Below the pieces are notes generated by a model. The model made no database searches. It was not told the DNA's origin and saw only the letters and a program-made list of their open reading frames with translations. From Bacillota bacterium (GTDB taxonomy: Bacteria; Bacillota; JAAYKD01): 64,000 bases of DNA. The position numbers and the translations under genes are program-made. Shown piece after piece: positions 9,400 through 18,924 of the stretch (within the stretch, counting starts at the first letter, position 1; every line of letters begins with the position of its first letter). The DNA is taken from the NCBI GenBank assembly GCA_963666425.2, contig OY762825.2, forward strand, positions 1,312,001 through 1,376,000, read 5' to 3'.

Positions 9400-11001
9400 T
9401 TACCAACCAGCAATGGTGCCGTCGGTTCTGGGTTCCGTGCCGCCGCAGAGGGCGCCGTTCGGCATACGCCAGATGATCTCACCGCGGCCAAAACCGCCGC
9501 TGGCCACTTTGGGAATAATCAGATGGCCGCGGTTTTGCAGTTCCTGCTGCACATACAGCGGCACGCTCTGTTCCACTTCAATATTCTTTTCTCCCGTCCA
9601 TTGGAAACGCGGCGCATCCAGCGCGTCCTGCGGATTCATGGCAAAATCGATCGTGTTGACCATCACCTGTAAATGGCCTTGCGGCTGCATGAAGCCACCC
9701 ATGACGCCGAAGGGACCCACCGGCTGACCGTCTTTCATCAAAAATCCGGGGATAATCGTATTGTAAGGCCGCTTGCCCGGCGCATAGACATTGTCATGGC
9801 TGGGATCCAATGAGAAATTATTGCCGCGATTGTTTAGAGAAATCCCGGTATGGGGAACGACCACCCCGGAACCGAAGCCGGCGTAGTTGGATTGGATATA
9901 GGAAATCATATTGCCTTCATTATCGGCGGCGCAGAGGTAAATCGTTCCTCCCGAACGCGGATCGCCGGCGATTGGCAGCAATGCTTTTTCACCGATCAAG
10001 GCGCGGCGGCTGGCGGCATATTCTTCCGAGAGCAATTGTTCAACGCTGACGGTCATATGCTGCGGGTCGGTCACATATTTTTTGGCATCGGCAAAGGCTA
10101 ATTTAAGCGCTTCCATCATCAGATGATAGGTCTCTGGATTCTCCCGGTCTGCCAAAGAAAATCCCTTTAAGATATTCAGCGCCATCAAAGCGGTGATGCC
10201 CTGACCATTCGGCGGAATCTCGCAAACATCATAACCGCGGTAATTGATACTGATCGGCTCCACCCATTGCGGTTGATACTGACCCAGATCCTCCAGAGAG
10301 ATTTTTCCGCCGGTCTCCCGCGCAAAGGCGACGATTTTTTCGGCCAAAGCGCCGCGGTAAAAGGATTCCGCATTGGTTTCGCCAATTTCAGTCAGCGTGC
10401 GGGCATGATCCTGTAAATAGGCAATGTCGCCGGGACCGTACGGTTTGCCATTCGGTGCGAAGGTAGAAAACCAACCTTCATGCTGCGGTCCCTGCAGGTT
10501 TTTTAAAAACACTTGATAAGCGCTCTGCCAGGCTCTGCCTGTGGTAGGCGCCACGGCGTAGCCTTGCGAGGCATAACGGACGGCCGGTTTGACGATCTGG
10601 CTTAAGGGTAATTTACCGAAACGTTTGGCCAGCGCGGCCCAGGCAGCCGGAGCAGCCGGTACATCCACCGCCGGCCAACCGTATTTGGGCATTTCGCTGA
10701 AATTGGCTTTTAGCTCCGCCAGGGTCTGTTTCATCACCGACGGACCGCTGGCATTCAGCCCATATAACTTGCCTTTGCTCCAAAGAATGGCAAAGACATC
10801 CGAACCAATGCCGTTGGAGCACGGTTCACAGACAGTTTCGGTCGTAGCTGCCGCCAAGGCAGCGTCAATGGCATTGCCGCCCTGCATTAATACCTCTAAA
10901 CCAGCCTGCGCCGCCTGCGGTGTAGAACAAGCGACCATGCCATTCTTGGCGTAAACCACTTGACGCCGCGACGGATAATGGTATAACATAGGATCCATCA
11001 T
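9400..11001 (-). CDS. ggt: Gamma-glutamyltransferase (YwrD-like)
   Basis: GGNAIDA, GTIYL (nucleophile Thr), QSNYAGFGSG, KRPYNTIIP, MGGFMQPQGH. Confidence 0.93.
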   Translation of the reverse strand: MMDPMLYHYPSRRQVVYAKNGMVACSTPQAAQAGLEVLMQGGNAIDAALAAATTETVCEPCSNGIGSDVFAILWSKGKLYGLNASGPSVMKQTLAELKANFSEMPKYGWPAVDVPAAPAAWAALAKRFGKLPLSQIVKPAVRYASQGYAVAPTTGRAWQSAYQVFLKNLQGPQHEGWFSTFAPNGKPYGPGDIAYLQDHARTLTEIGETNAESFYRGALAEKIVAFARETGGKISLEDLGQYQPQWVEPISINYRGYDVCEIPPNGQGITALMALNILKGFSLADRENPETYHLMMEALKLAFADAKKYVTDPQHMTVSVEQLLSEEYAASRRALIGEKALLPIAGDPRSGGTIYLCAADNEGNMISYIQSNYAGFGSGVVVPHTGISLNNRGNNFSLDPSHDNVYAPGKRPYNTIIPGFLMKDGQPVGPFGVMGGFMQPQGHLQVMVNTIDFAMNPQDALDAPRFQWTGEKNIEVEQSVPLYVQQELQNRGHLIIPKVASGGFGRGEIIWRMPNGALCGGTEPRTDGTIAGW

Positions 11002-11218
11002 AATCCACGCTCCTTTTAAAGATTCTCCAGCAGGGGGATCCCCTTTCTGTTTGCTGAAATATTTCGGCATGCAAAGGAATTTACCTGCTGACCGCGAAAA
11101 TAATTATTGACGTCGGCTTTTCCTGCCGCAAAACCTGAACCGAACGCTTTCGCCAACAGCAGCGCTTTTACTGGCGCTGCCGAGCGAAACCTGCTCAAAG
11201 AAAAGGAGAGATAATCGT

Positions 11219-11707
11219 ATGATCTACCAAACCAGCCTAGCCACACCCGTTGGTGATTTAGTGATTCAAAGCAACGAAACTGCTATTGTCAGTGTTTCTT
11301 TCGAGTCAGAAGCATCCACCGCTCTCTTTCCGGCTGCTGTGCTGGTCAGCGAACAGACCATGCCGGCCGTCCTGCAGCAAGCAGTCAAAGAATTGCAGGA
11401 ATATTTTCAGGGTACTCGCAAGGAATTCAGCGTGCCGCTGTCAATGGCGGGCACAGAATTTCAGATGAAAGCCTGGCAAGCGCTGCAGGCCATCCCTTAT
11501 GGTGAGGTGCGTTCCTACCAGCAGCAAGCGGAAACCATCGGCAACCGCAAAGCAACCCGGGCCATCGGCGGCGCCAATCATCATAATCGGATCAGCATCA
11601 TCGTACCCTGCCACAGAGTAATCGGCAAAAACAAGAAGCTGGTCGGCTTTGGCGGCGGCCTTGAGCGGAAACAATGGTTATTGGATCATGAATTGAAGTG
11701 GAAATAG
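11219..11707 (+). CDS. ogt: Methylated-DNA-protein-cysteine methyltransferase
   Basis: GTEFQ, IPYGE, PCHRV active site. Confidence 0.94.
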   Translation: MIYQTSLATPVGDLVIQSNETAIVSVSFESEASTALFPAAVLVSEQTMPAVLQQAVKELQEYFQGTRKEFSVPLSMAGTEFQMKAWQALQAIPYGEVRSYQQQAETIGNRKATRAIGGANHHNRISIIVPCHRVIGKNKKLVGFGGGLERKQWLLDHELKWK

Positions 11708-11714
11708 ACTGATC

Positions 11715-11752
11715 AAAAAGCGAGAAGACGAAAACCGTCCTCTCGCTTTTTC
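11715..11752. terminator. Bidirectional intrinsic terminator
   Basis: AAAAAGCGAGAAGACG-AAAAC-CGTCCTCTCGCTTTTT between convergent genes. Confidence 0.85.
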
Positions 11753-13021
11753 TTATGCATTTGCTTTTGCTTTTTCTGCTTTCAGCCTGCGCTCGTTGGC
11801 TTGATACAATTCCTCGGTTGCCAGGGCAATCTTGGTTAAGGAGAAATGGCAGTTTTCCGGATAAACATAAAAAGTGTCATCACTGGTATTGAGATCCACA
11901 CAATCACCGAATTTCCCGAGATACTCATATTCAATATGCACCGAATAGGTCGTATTGACCGGCTGCTCAATCAGGTAATGTTCGCCTTCATAAACACCTT
12001 CCAAACGAAAGCCGTTCATATTATGCGTAAAGGTCGCCTGACCGAGCGGGATAAACCGTTTGGCATTCGGCAGGGAATTGACATGGGCCTGGGCGGAGAA
12101 AGCATAGGTCCCGTTCTCCACTTCCCTGCGCACCTGCAGTCGTTCCCACTCATACCAGTCGGGAATATGGGAAAACTCCGTCTCGCCTTGATCGGCCTGC
12201 AGCTCACCGAGTTCAGACATCGTCCAGCTCTTTTGGCAGGCTTCACACCAGATCTTCGTCCCTTTGCCGATCATCTGATATTCTTTACCGCAGTGCGGAC
12301 ATTGATAGAGCACCTTATGCAGATTGTGCGCCCGATTGGGGTCGCTGATGCGGATCCCTTTTGCTTTCTGCCAGGCAAATTCGTCGTAGACAAAAGCTTC
12401 CCGGATCATTCGGTTGATTTCATCTACCGAAAGCTGGTTGATTTCTTCCACCGATAAAATCTGCGTCATCTCGGCTTCCAGATTGCGAATGCCGCGGTCC
12501 CGCGGATCCCAAAACGGTTTTAATATATGATTGCCATGGATGAGCAGCGTCACCAGCGGGACCTGGAAAATTTTCACCATTTTACCCAGCGAATCCGGCA
12601 GTACTGCTGTCGTACCGCAGAGAGAGTAGCGTGCTTCCGGGTAAAGGATGACCGTGTGACCACCCAGGAGAATGCGGCGAAGCTGCCGCACCAAAACAAT
12701 ATCACTGGTGAATTTGCGTTTGCAGAGACAACCCGCCCAACGCATCAGCCATTCCCGGCCGATAAATCCATCGATCGCCACCACATTATTGCTGCGCTGA
12801 GGAAAGGTTGCGATGGTCGTGATTAGAAAATCATTAAAACTGTTGTGATTGACAAGCAAAAGGTAGGGAGACTTTAAACCTGCCATATTCGTTCTTTGGA
12901 CCTTTACTTTTTGCAGTTTGAAGAAGAAATAACTGAAACCCCAGGCAATCGGCTGTAAAAAGAACCGCATCGTCAGAGGGGGCTTCGCAAAGTCAAAACG
13001 CGGAAATTCAGATTGTTTCAT
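11753..13021 (-). CDS. PlsC-family (lysophospholipid) acyltransferase with C-terminal extension
   Basis: NHNSFND (HX4D) and YPEA motifs; CPHC...CEAC in the extension. Confidence 0.8.
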   Translation of the reverse strand: MKQSEFPRFDFAKPPLTMRFFLQPIAWGFSYFFFKLQKVKVQRTNMAGLKSPYLLLVNHNSFNDFLITTIATFPQRSNNVVAIDGFIGREWLMRWAGCLCKRKFTSDIVLVRQLRRILLGGHTVILYPEARYSLCGTTAVLPDSLGKMVKIFQVPLVTLLIHGNHILKPFWDPRDRGIRNLEAEMTQILSVEEINQLSVDEINRMIREAFVYDEFAWQKAKGIRISDPNRAHNLHKVLYQCPHCGKEYQMIGKGTKIWCEACQKSWTMSELGELQADQGETEFSHIPDWYEWERLQVRREVENGTYAFSAQAHVNSLPNAKRFIPLGQATFTHNMNGFRLEGVYEGEHYLIEQPVNTTYSVHIEYEYLGKFGDCVDLNTSDDTFYVYPENCHFSLTKIALATEELYQANERRLKAEKAKANA

Positions 13022-13100
13022 ATTATCTGTCCTGTCCTTTGAATTTTCTTTTATTATAACCTTTTTCCTCATTTCTGTCTACTGCAAATTTCCGGATCGC

Positions 13101-13685
13101 TCAGCGAATGTGGCGAATCATTGTTTTCAGCCGATCTGCCCTTTGCTGCCAGGTGCTGCGGCGTTCCGGAATCAGGCGAATACCAGCGCGGTGAGCCGCC
13201 GCTTCCACGGTTGCTTCGATGCTGAGCCGATCCGTCCAGAGCTTTTCTGCCGGATTCGACTGCAAAAAAGCACTCTGACAGCGGTCAATCTGCTGCCGGG
13301 CCCAGCTGTTCCTGCCTTCCAGGCGATTGTGCAAGCGTCTGACTAAAGTTTTTTTGCTTGCCATCAGAAGGATGACACGGATCTCGATCCCCTCTGCCCG
13401 CAAAGATCCGATGATCTCATCATAATATTGTGGGTTGACCAGAGTCATTGGTACAATAATCGTTTGCCCCGTCTGGCTCAGCCGGCGCAGCATCGCCAGA
13501 TTTATCTGCCGCCAAAGCGGATCGTCCTGAAAATCAGCCTGCCAAATGGTTTGCGGCAGATTCTTTCTGAGATAATAACCCGCATTTTCCGGATCAAAAA
13601 CAAAAGCACCAGGCAGCCGTCGCTGCAATTCAAAGGCAATGGTGGTCTTGCCGGAGCCAAAAGCTCCGTTCAGCCAAATGATCAT
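13101..13685 (-). CDS. TmrB-like AAA/P-loop protein
   Basis: MIIWLNGAFGSGKTT, FDPE, DFQD.PLWR typical of the TmrB family. Confidence 0.8.
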   Translation of the reverse strand: MIIWLNGAFGSGKTTIAFELQRRLPGAFVFDPENAGYYLRKNLPQTIWQADFQDDPLWRQINLAMLRRLSQTGQTIIVPMTLVNPQYYDEIIGSLRAEGIEIRVILLMASKKTLVRRLHNRLEGRNSWARQQIDRCQSAFLQSNPAEKLWTDRLSIEATVEAAAHRAGIRLIPERRSTWQQRADRLKTMIRHIR

Positions 13686-13804
13686 TTCATTTCACTCCCG
13701 CTGAAGTTCTCTCTTACTGCGCACTTGCAGTAAGAGCAGTTCTGTCCGCCGAAAACAAATGCAAGGGGCAGACCGAAGTCGGCCTGCCCCCTATCATGCT
13801 CTTC

Positions 13805-15412
13805 TTATTTGGTGTGGCGCAGAACCATGCCGGCTTTCGCACCGGTATGCACACCGTCGCGCACACTGAGCACCCCATTCACCCAAACCGCTGCGATGCC
13901 GGTGGCATATTGGCGGGGGTTGAGATAATCGGCGGGAGCGTCGATTGTATCCGGATCAAATAAAACCAGATCAGCCCGGTAACCCGGACGAATCAAGCCG
14001 CGGTCCTTCAACTGCAAACGTGCTGCTTGGGCGGAACTCAGCTTGCGGACGCCTTCTTCCAGGCTGAATAACTTTTTCTCGCGCACATATTTACCGAGGA
14101 TGCCGGCAAAACTGCCGAAGGCGCGCGGATGCGGCTTGCCGGGACCGGGTTCGCCGCCGACCGCACCGGTATCGGAGCCGACCATTTGCAAAGGATGGCA
14201 GAGAATGCGTTCCAAGTCCTCTTCGCCGATGGCAAAATAAACGATACTGACGCGCTCGCCCTGATTGCGGATGATCAGATCGCAGCAGGTATCCCAGGCA
14301 TCCTGCCCTTGCTCCGCTGCAATTTCGGCGATCATCTTACCTTCCAGGCTGGCATCCGGTGGAAAGCCGGTAATCATAATCTGATCCCAGCCTACCCCTT
14401 TATAGATACTGATCCAATCACCTAAACCCTGCTCATTGGTGATGTCCGCCAGCATCCGGGCTTTCTCAGCCGGATTTTGCAGACGTTCCACCATTTTGGC
14501 TTTGCCGCCGATCGAAGCCCAGGGCGGCAGGACAGTATCCAAACCGCAGGCAGCCGCCGTATAAGGATATTGATCGAAGGTCACATCGATACCCTCTTGA
14601 CGGGCAGCCTCAAGCAGCGCCAGAATTTCACGCGATTTACCCCACATATGCCGTCCCATCGCTTTCAGGTGAGAAAGCTGGACTTTGATCTTGGCACGGC
14701 GTCCGATGGCCAGGGCTTCCTGCACGGCTTCGATCACGGTATCATTTTCACCGCGCATATGGGTAAAATAGATGCCGTCATATTCGGCGGCAACTTTGGC
14801 CAGTTCCACAATTTCGTCGGTGGCGGCATAAATGCTGGGAGCATAAATCAAACCGGTGGAAATACCGGCCGACCCTTCCTGCATCGCTTGACGCACCAGC
14901 TGTTTCATCTCTTCCAGCTGCGCTGCATTTGCCGGACCCGCGTCATAATTCATCACGATTTGGCGCAGATTTCCCTGACCCAAAACAAAGACAACATTCT
15001 GACTGATCCCACGTTTCTCCAACTCCGCCAGATACTCGGCTGTACTGGTTCCCATGAAAGGCTCTGTCTCTGGCTGCAGGCGCAGCTGCATTTCCTTTTG
15101 CTGCAAAGCCATTGCTCTGCTGCGGGGGACAGCCGATCCGCCGCATTGCCCCAACACTTCGGTGGTAACCCCTTGCTGTATATGGGATTGACCGCGATAA
15201 TCGGCCAACAGCGTGCTATCAGAATGTGTATGAATGTCGATAAAACCGGGTGCCAGGGCTTTGCCTTGCGCATCGAGTACTTCCTTGGCATCAACACCGC
15301 TTAAATCGCCGATCTGCCGAATCAAGCCGTCTTTGACTGCCACATCAGCCGGATAGGAAGCGAAACCGGTTCCATCGATCACACGCGCATTGCGGATGAG
15401 TAAATCAAACAT
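13805..15412 (-). CDS. N-acyl-D-amino-acid deacylase (D-aminoacylase)
   Basis: PGFIDIHTHSD, GQCG, GLIYAP, DQYPY, GSD, HPRAFG. Confidence 0.92.
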   Translation of the reverse strand: MFDLLIRNARVIDGTGFASYPADVAVKDGLIRQIGDLSGVDAKEVLDAQGKALAPGFIDIHTHSDSTLLADYRGQSHIQQGVTTEVLGQCGGSAVPRSRAMALQQKEMQLRLQPETEPFMGTSTAEYLAELEKRGISQNVVFVLGQGNLRQIVMNYDAGPANAAQLEEMKQLVRQAMQEGSAGISTGLIYAPSIYAATDEIVELAKVAAEYDGIYFTHMRGENDTVIEAVQEALAIGRRAKIKVQLSHLKAMGRHMWGKSREILALLEAARQEGIDVTFDQYPYTAAACGLDTVLPPWASIGGKAKMVERLQNPAEKARMLADITNEQGLGDWISIYKGVGWDQIMITGFPPDASLEGKMIAEIAAEQGQDAWDTCCDLIIRNQGERVSIVYFAIGEEDLERILCHPLQMVGSDTGAVGGEPGPGKPHPRAFGSFAGILGKYVREKKLFSLEEGVRKLSSAQAARLQLKDRGLIRPGYRADLVLFDPDTIDAPADYLNPRQYATGIAAVWVNGVLSVRDGVHTGAKAGMVLRHTK

Positions 15413-15427
15413 GAAGGCACCTCCCGC

Positions 15428-16609
15428 TTATTTTTTCAGGAAATCCAGTGCTGTTTGGCTCAAGACCGCCATCCCGATGGCGATACAATCTTCGTCAATG
15501 TTGAAATTCGGATGATGTCCCGGGAAGCTGCAATTTTTCTCGGCATTTTCCGCGCCCAAGCTGATCATCATACCGGGTGCCGCTTGTGCGAAATAGCAGA
15601 AATCTTCGCCGCCCATGGAGGGACGTTTCTTAATAATTACATTCTCTTTGCCTAAAACGTCAATGCAGGCGGCCTGTGCCAGATTGACCATGGCGGGATC
15701 ATTGATCACAGAAGGAATTCCTTCCGGAATATCGATTTCATAAGTGCAGCGATAAGCGGCGCAGACACCGGCAACAATGCGCTTGATCTGTCCGGGAACC
15801 GCATTTCTGACATTCGGCTCCAAAGTGCGAATCGTACCGGTCATTTCCACCCGGTCGGCGATCACATTGCCGCGATATCCACCCTGGATGGTGCCGATCG
15901 TAATCACGATGGAATCGAGCGGATCGACTTCCCGGCTGGCAATGCTCTGCAGAGCGGTGATTACTTGAGCAGCGGCGGCAATCGCATCGACTGACTTATG
16001 CGGATGCGCGCCATGACCGCCGCGGCCTTTGATCACGATCGTCAAGCCTTGGGTACCACCGGAAGAAGGGCCCGGCATCATGGCAACTTTACCGGTCGGC
16101 AGATCTTGGGTGCCAACATGCAGGGCGATTACGGCATCCACTTTGGGATTCTCCATGCAGCCCGCTTCGATCATCACTTTGGCGCCGCCGGGGCCTTCTT
16201 CAGCCGGCTGGAAAAACAGCTTTACTTTGCCCGGGATTTGCTCTTTCATTTCAGAAAGCAGAGTCGCTACGCCCATCAGCATCGCCGTATGACTGTCATG
16301 GCCGCAGGCATGCATCCTGCCGGGAATCTCTGAAACATAGTCTACCCCAGTCTGTTCGGTAATGGGCAGACAGTCCATGTCGGCACGAATGCCAATGCAC
16401 TGATCACCGGGCAAACCGCCCTCGATTAAGCCAACCACAGCGGTGGTTCCGATTCGGGTATAAGGGATTCCCAATTCATCCAGGTAACGCATCACCGTTG
16501 CCGAGGTTTCAAATTCTTCCCAACCCGGCTCCGGATGACGATGGAATTGACGGCGAAATCCGATAAATTTGTCTTGCATAGCTTTGGCACGCTGAAATAA
16601 CTCATTCAT
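15428..16609 (-). CDS. M20D amidohydrolase (hippuricase/aminoacylase-like)
   Basis: RADMD, MHACGHD, FQPAEE, GGEDF, HHPNF. Confidence 0.92.
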   Translation of the reverse strand: MNELFQRAKAMQDKFIGFRRQFHRHPEPGWEEFETSATVMRYLDELGIPYTRIGTTAVVGLIEGGLPGDQCIGIRADMDCLPITEQTGVDYVSEIPGRMHACGHDSHTAMLMGVATLLSEMKEQIPGKVKLFFQPAEEGPGGAKVMIEAGCMENPKVDAVIALHVGTQDLPTGKVAMMPGPSSGGTQGLTIVIKGRGGHGAHPHKSVDAIAAAAQVITALQSIASREVDPLDSIVITIGTIQGGYRGNVIADRVEMTGTIRTLEPNVRNAVPGQIKRIVAGVCAAYRCTYEIDIPEGIPSVINDPAMVNLAQAACIDVLGKENVIIKKRPSMGGEDFCYFAQAAPGMMISLGAENAEKNCSFPGHHPNFNIDEDCIAIGMAVLSQTALDFLKK

Positions 16610-16802
16610 AGCAGGCAGCCTCCTAAAAATTCTATTTTCTGCTGCTCTAGTTCGTGCCGCCGATATCGCTTTCCTTTTTCGGAATATTACATTTTCATAA
16701 TTTGCAGGTATCTCTTCTGTTCTTACAGAATTTTAAGAGAAGCAGCCGGTTTCTGCAGGGAGAGCAGAAACAAATAAAACTGCGTGATGGGAGTGACAGA
16801 AA

Positions 16803-17681
16803 ATGGCAATCAGCTTTCGGAACTATAAGCTTTTACAGGATTTTGAGCAAGTGAATCAATTCTTACGTGATGAATACAGTTACCCGGACAGCAGTCCTGT
16901 CACACAACCTTCTTTTGAATATGCGCATACCCACCCTGCCTTCAACCACCGTCTCGCCCATCGCTTTGGTCTCTGGGAGGATAAAGGTCAATTAGTGGCA
17001 CTGGTTTGCTTTGAAAGCGACATCGGGGAAGCTATGTTCAGCGTGAAACCGGCTTATGAACAATTATTGCCCGATTTATTGCAATATGCAGAACTGGAAT
17101 TAGCTGCCAGCAGTGAGGGAGAGCATGCTCTGGATATCTACCTGACCAGTCCACAGACCGCTCTGATCAATCTGCTGCAAGTCAGTGGTTATCAAAAGGT
17201 CTTCAGCGAGGCTGTGCGTGTCTTTTCCTTTCAGCACGATTTCCCGATGGTCAGTCTGCCGGAAGGTTACAAGGCTGTTTCGCTGGAAGAGGAAAATGAC
17301 CTTTATAAAATTGATGTCTGTATGTGGAAAGGCTTCAACCACCCCGGTGAACCGGATAGTGATTTGGACCGTCGGCGCATCATGCAAACCGCCCCTCACT
17401 TCCGGCCGGATTTAACCACGATCATCAAAGCGCCCAACGGTGACTATGCCTGTTATGCGGGTATGTGGCTGGAAGAACAAAACCGTTTCGCTTATCTGGA
17501 GCCTTTATGCACCGTTCCGATCTATCGCCGCATGGGTTTGGCAGCCTATGCCTTAGTCAATGCCATGCAAAAGGCGAGACGCCAAGGGGCAAAGTATTGC
17601 TACGGCGGATCTGCCAGTTTTTATAAATCAATTGGCTTCGAAGAGATTTGTCAAAGAGAAACCTGGAGAAGAAAATGGTAG
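16803..17681 (+). CDS. GNAT family acetyltransferase (long, probably two-domain)
   Basis: LEPLCTVPIYRRMGLA and FYKSIGF. Confidence 0.8.
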   Translation: MAISFRNYKLLQDFEQVNQFLRDEYSYPDSSPVTQPSFEYAHTHPAFNHRLAHRFGLWEDKGQLVALVCFESDIGEAMFSVKPAYEQLLPDLLQYAELELAASSEGEHALDIYLTSPQTALINLLQVSGYQKVFSEAVRVFSFQHDFPMVSLPEGYKAVSLEEENDLYKIDVCMWKGFNHPGEPDSDLDRRRIMQTAPHFRPDLTTIIKAPNGDYACYAGMWLEEQNRFAYLEPLCTVPIYRRMGLAAYALVNAMQKARRQGAKYCYGGSASFYKSIGFEEICQRETWRRKW

Positions 17682-17697
17682 ATTCCATCTGAAATCT

Positions 17698-17742
17698 TGC
17701 AGCGCAGCCATTCAGTGCGACGAATGGCTGCGCTGCTGTTTT
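17698..17742 (+). terminator. Intrinsic terminator after the GNAT gene
   Basis: GCAGCGCAGCCATTC...GAATGGCTGCGCTGC followed by TGTTTT. Confidence 0.75.
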
Positions 17743-17794
17743 ACTCATTCTTTACATTACATCGCTTTTGGATTTAACATCCTTATTATAAACT
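17740..17794 (+). promoter_or_regulatory. Pho-box promoter of pstS1
   Basis: TTTACT (17740), TTTACA (17751), TTAACA (17774), then TAAACT -10; matches the PhoP TT(A/T)ACA repeat. Confidence 0.7.
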
Positions 17795-17835
17795 CGAGTC
17801 AGCAAAAGAAAGTAAAACAAAGGAGATGGATAAAA

Positions 17836-18717
17836 ATGAAACGGAAATTTACCGGTTTACTGCTGCTGCTTTTGGTCTTGGCTCTGTTTGCTGGATGCAA
17901 TCAAACCCCGCAAAAAGCTGGATTTACAAACACGAAAGCAATTACTGTGATCACACGGGAAGAAGGTTCCGGCACCCGCGGCGCTTTTATTGAACTGATG
18001 GGTGTAGAACAAAAAAACGACAAAGGTGTCAAGGTGGATTATACCACGGAGGAAGCGGTTTCCACCAATAACACCTCCGTCATGCTGACGACCGTAGCCG
18101 GCAATCCCTATGCGATTGGTTATGTTTCCCTGGGTTCTCTGAACGACAGTGTAAAAGCGCTCGCGATTGACGGCACGCAAGCCAGCGTCGCGAACATCAA
18201 AAACAATACCTACAAAGTTGCTCGTCCTTTCCTGCTGGTCACTAAAGGTGAACTCGATGGACTCTCTCAGGATTTTGTCAATTTCATCCTCAGCGCCGAA
18301 GGTAAAGTTGTGATTGAAAAAGCTGGTTATATCGCGAGCGACGATACCAAAGCCTATAGCGGCGTCAAGCAAAGCGGCAAAATCGTCGTGGCCGGTTCCT
18401 CTTCCGTCACTCCCGTGATGGAGAAATTGAAGGAAGCTTACCTTGCCTTGCAGCCGAATGTGACAATTGAAATCCAGCAAAGCGATTCTACTACCGGTAT
18501 TACCAACACTGCCTCCGGAACCTGCCAGATTGGCATGTCTTCCCGCGAATTAAAAGAGAGCGAAACCGCCAAAGGTTTGACAGGAATCAGACTCGCCATG
18601 GACGGAATTGCGATCATCGTCAATAACGATAATCCCCTGACTGCTCTGACCAGTGCCCAAGTGAAGAATATCTTTACCGGTGCCACACTGGTTTGGAAAG
18701 ACGTCATCGTCCAATAA
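17836..18717 (+). CDS. pstS: Phosphate ABC substrate-binding lipoprotein, copy 1
   Basis: FAGC lipobox, REEGSGTRGAF, AGSSSV, GMSSR; start MKRKF after AGGAG. Confidence 0.92.
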   Translation: MKRKFTGLLLLLLVLALFAGCNQTPQKAGFTNTKAITVITREEGSGTRGAFIELMGVEQKNDKGVKVDYTTEEAVSTNNTSVMLTTVAGNPYAIGYVSLGSLNDSVKALAIDGTQASVANIKNNTYKVARPFLLVTKGELDGLSQDFVNFILSAEGKVVIEKAGYIASDDTKAYSGVKQSGKIVVAGSSSVTPVMEKLKEAYLALQPNVTIEIQQSDSTTGITNTASGTCQIGMSSRELKESETAKGLTGIRLAMDGIAIIVNNDNPLTALTSAQVKNIFTGATLVWKDVIVQ

Positions 18718-18845
18718 ACAAACATGCTGCTTTTGGCAGGGAATGACGCTGCCGATCCGGGACAGAAACGTTTCTGTGTTAATTCCGCCTCAACTGAATT
18801 AATTTTGTCGACAGCAAAGAAGCCTTTGGAGGGTTTCTTTGCTGT

Positions 18846-18900
18846 TTTACATAGATTTTACAAAAGCTGTCTTCTGTTTTTTACATTCTGTGGCTAAACT
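18846..18900 (+). promoter_or_regulatory. Pho-box promoter of pstS2-pstCAB
   Basis: TTTACA at 18846, 18857 and 18880, then TAAACT; preceded by a terminator hairpin at 18811-18848. Confidence 0.75.
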
Positions 18901-18924
18901 TAAAATTAAAAAGGAGAATGTAAA

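Noticed and set aside
14477-15304. Long antisense ORFs (also 21461-22297, 29688-30560, 44105-44722, 46885-47616, 58403-59062)
   Set aside because: They shadow well-supported genes on the opposite strand and have no motifs or RBS
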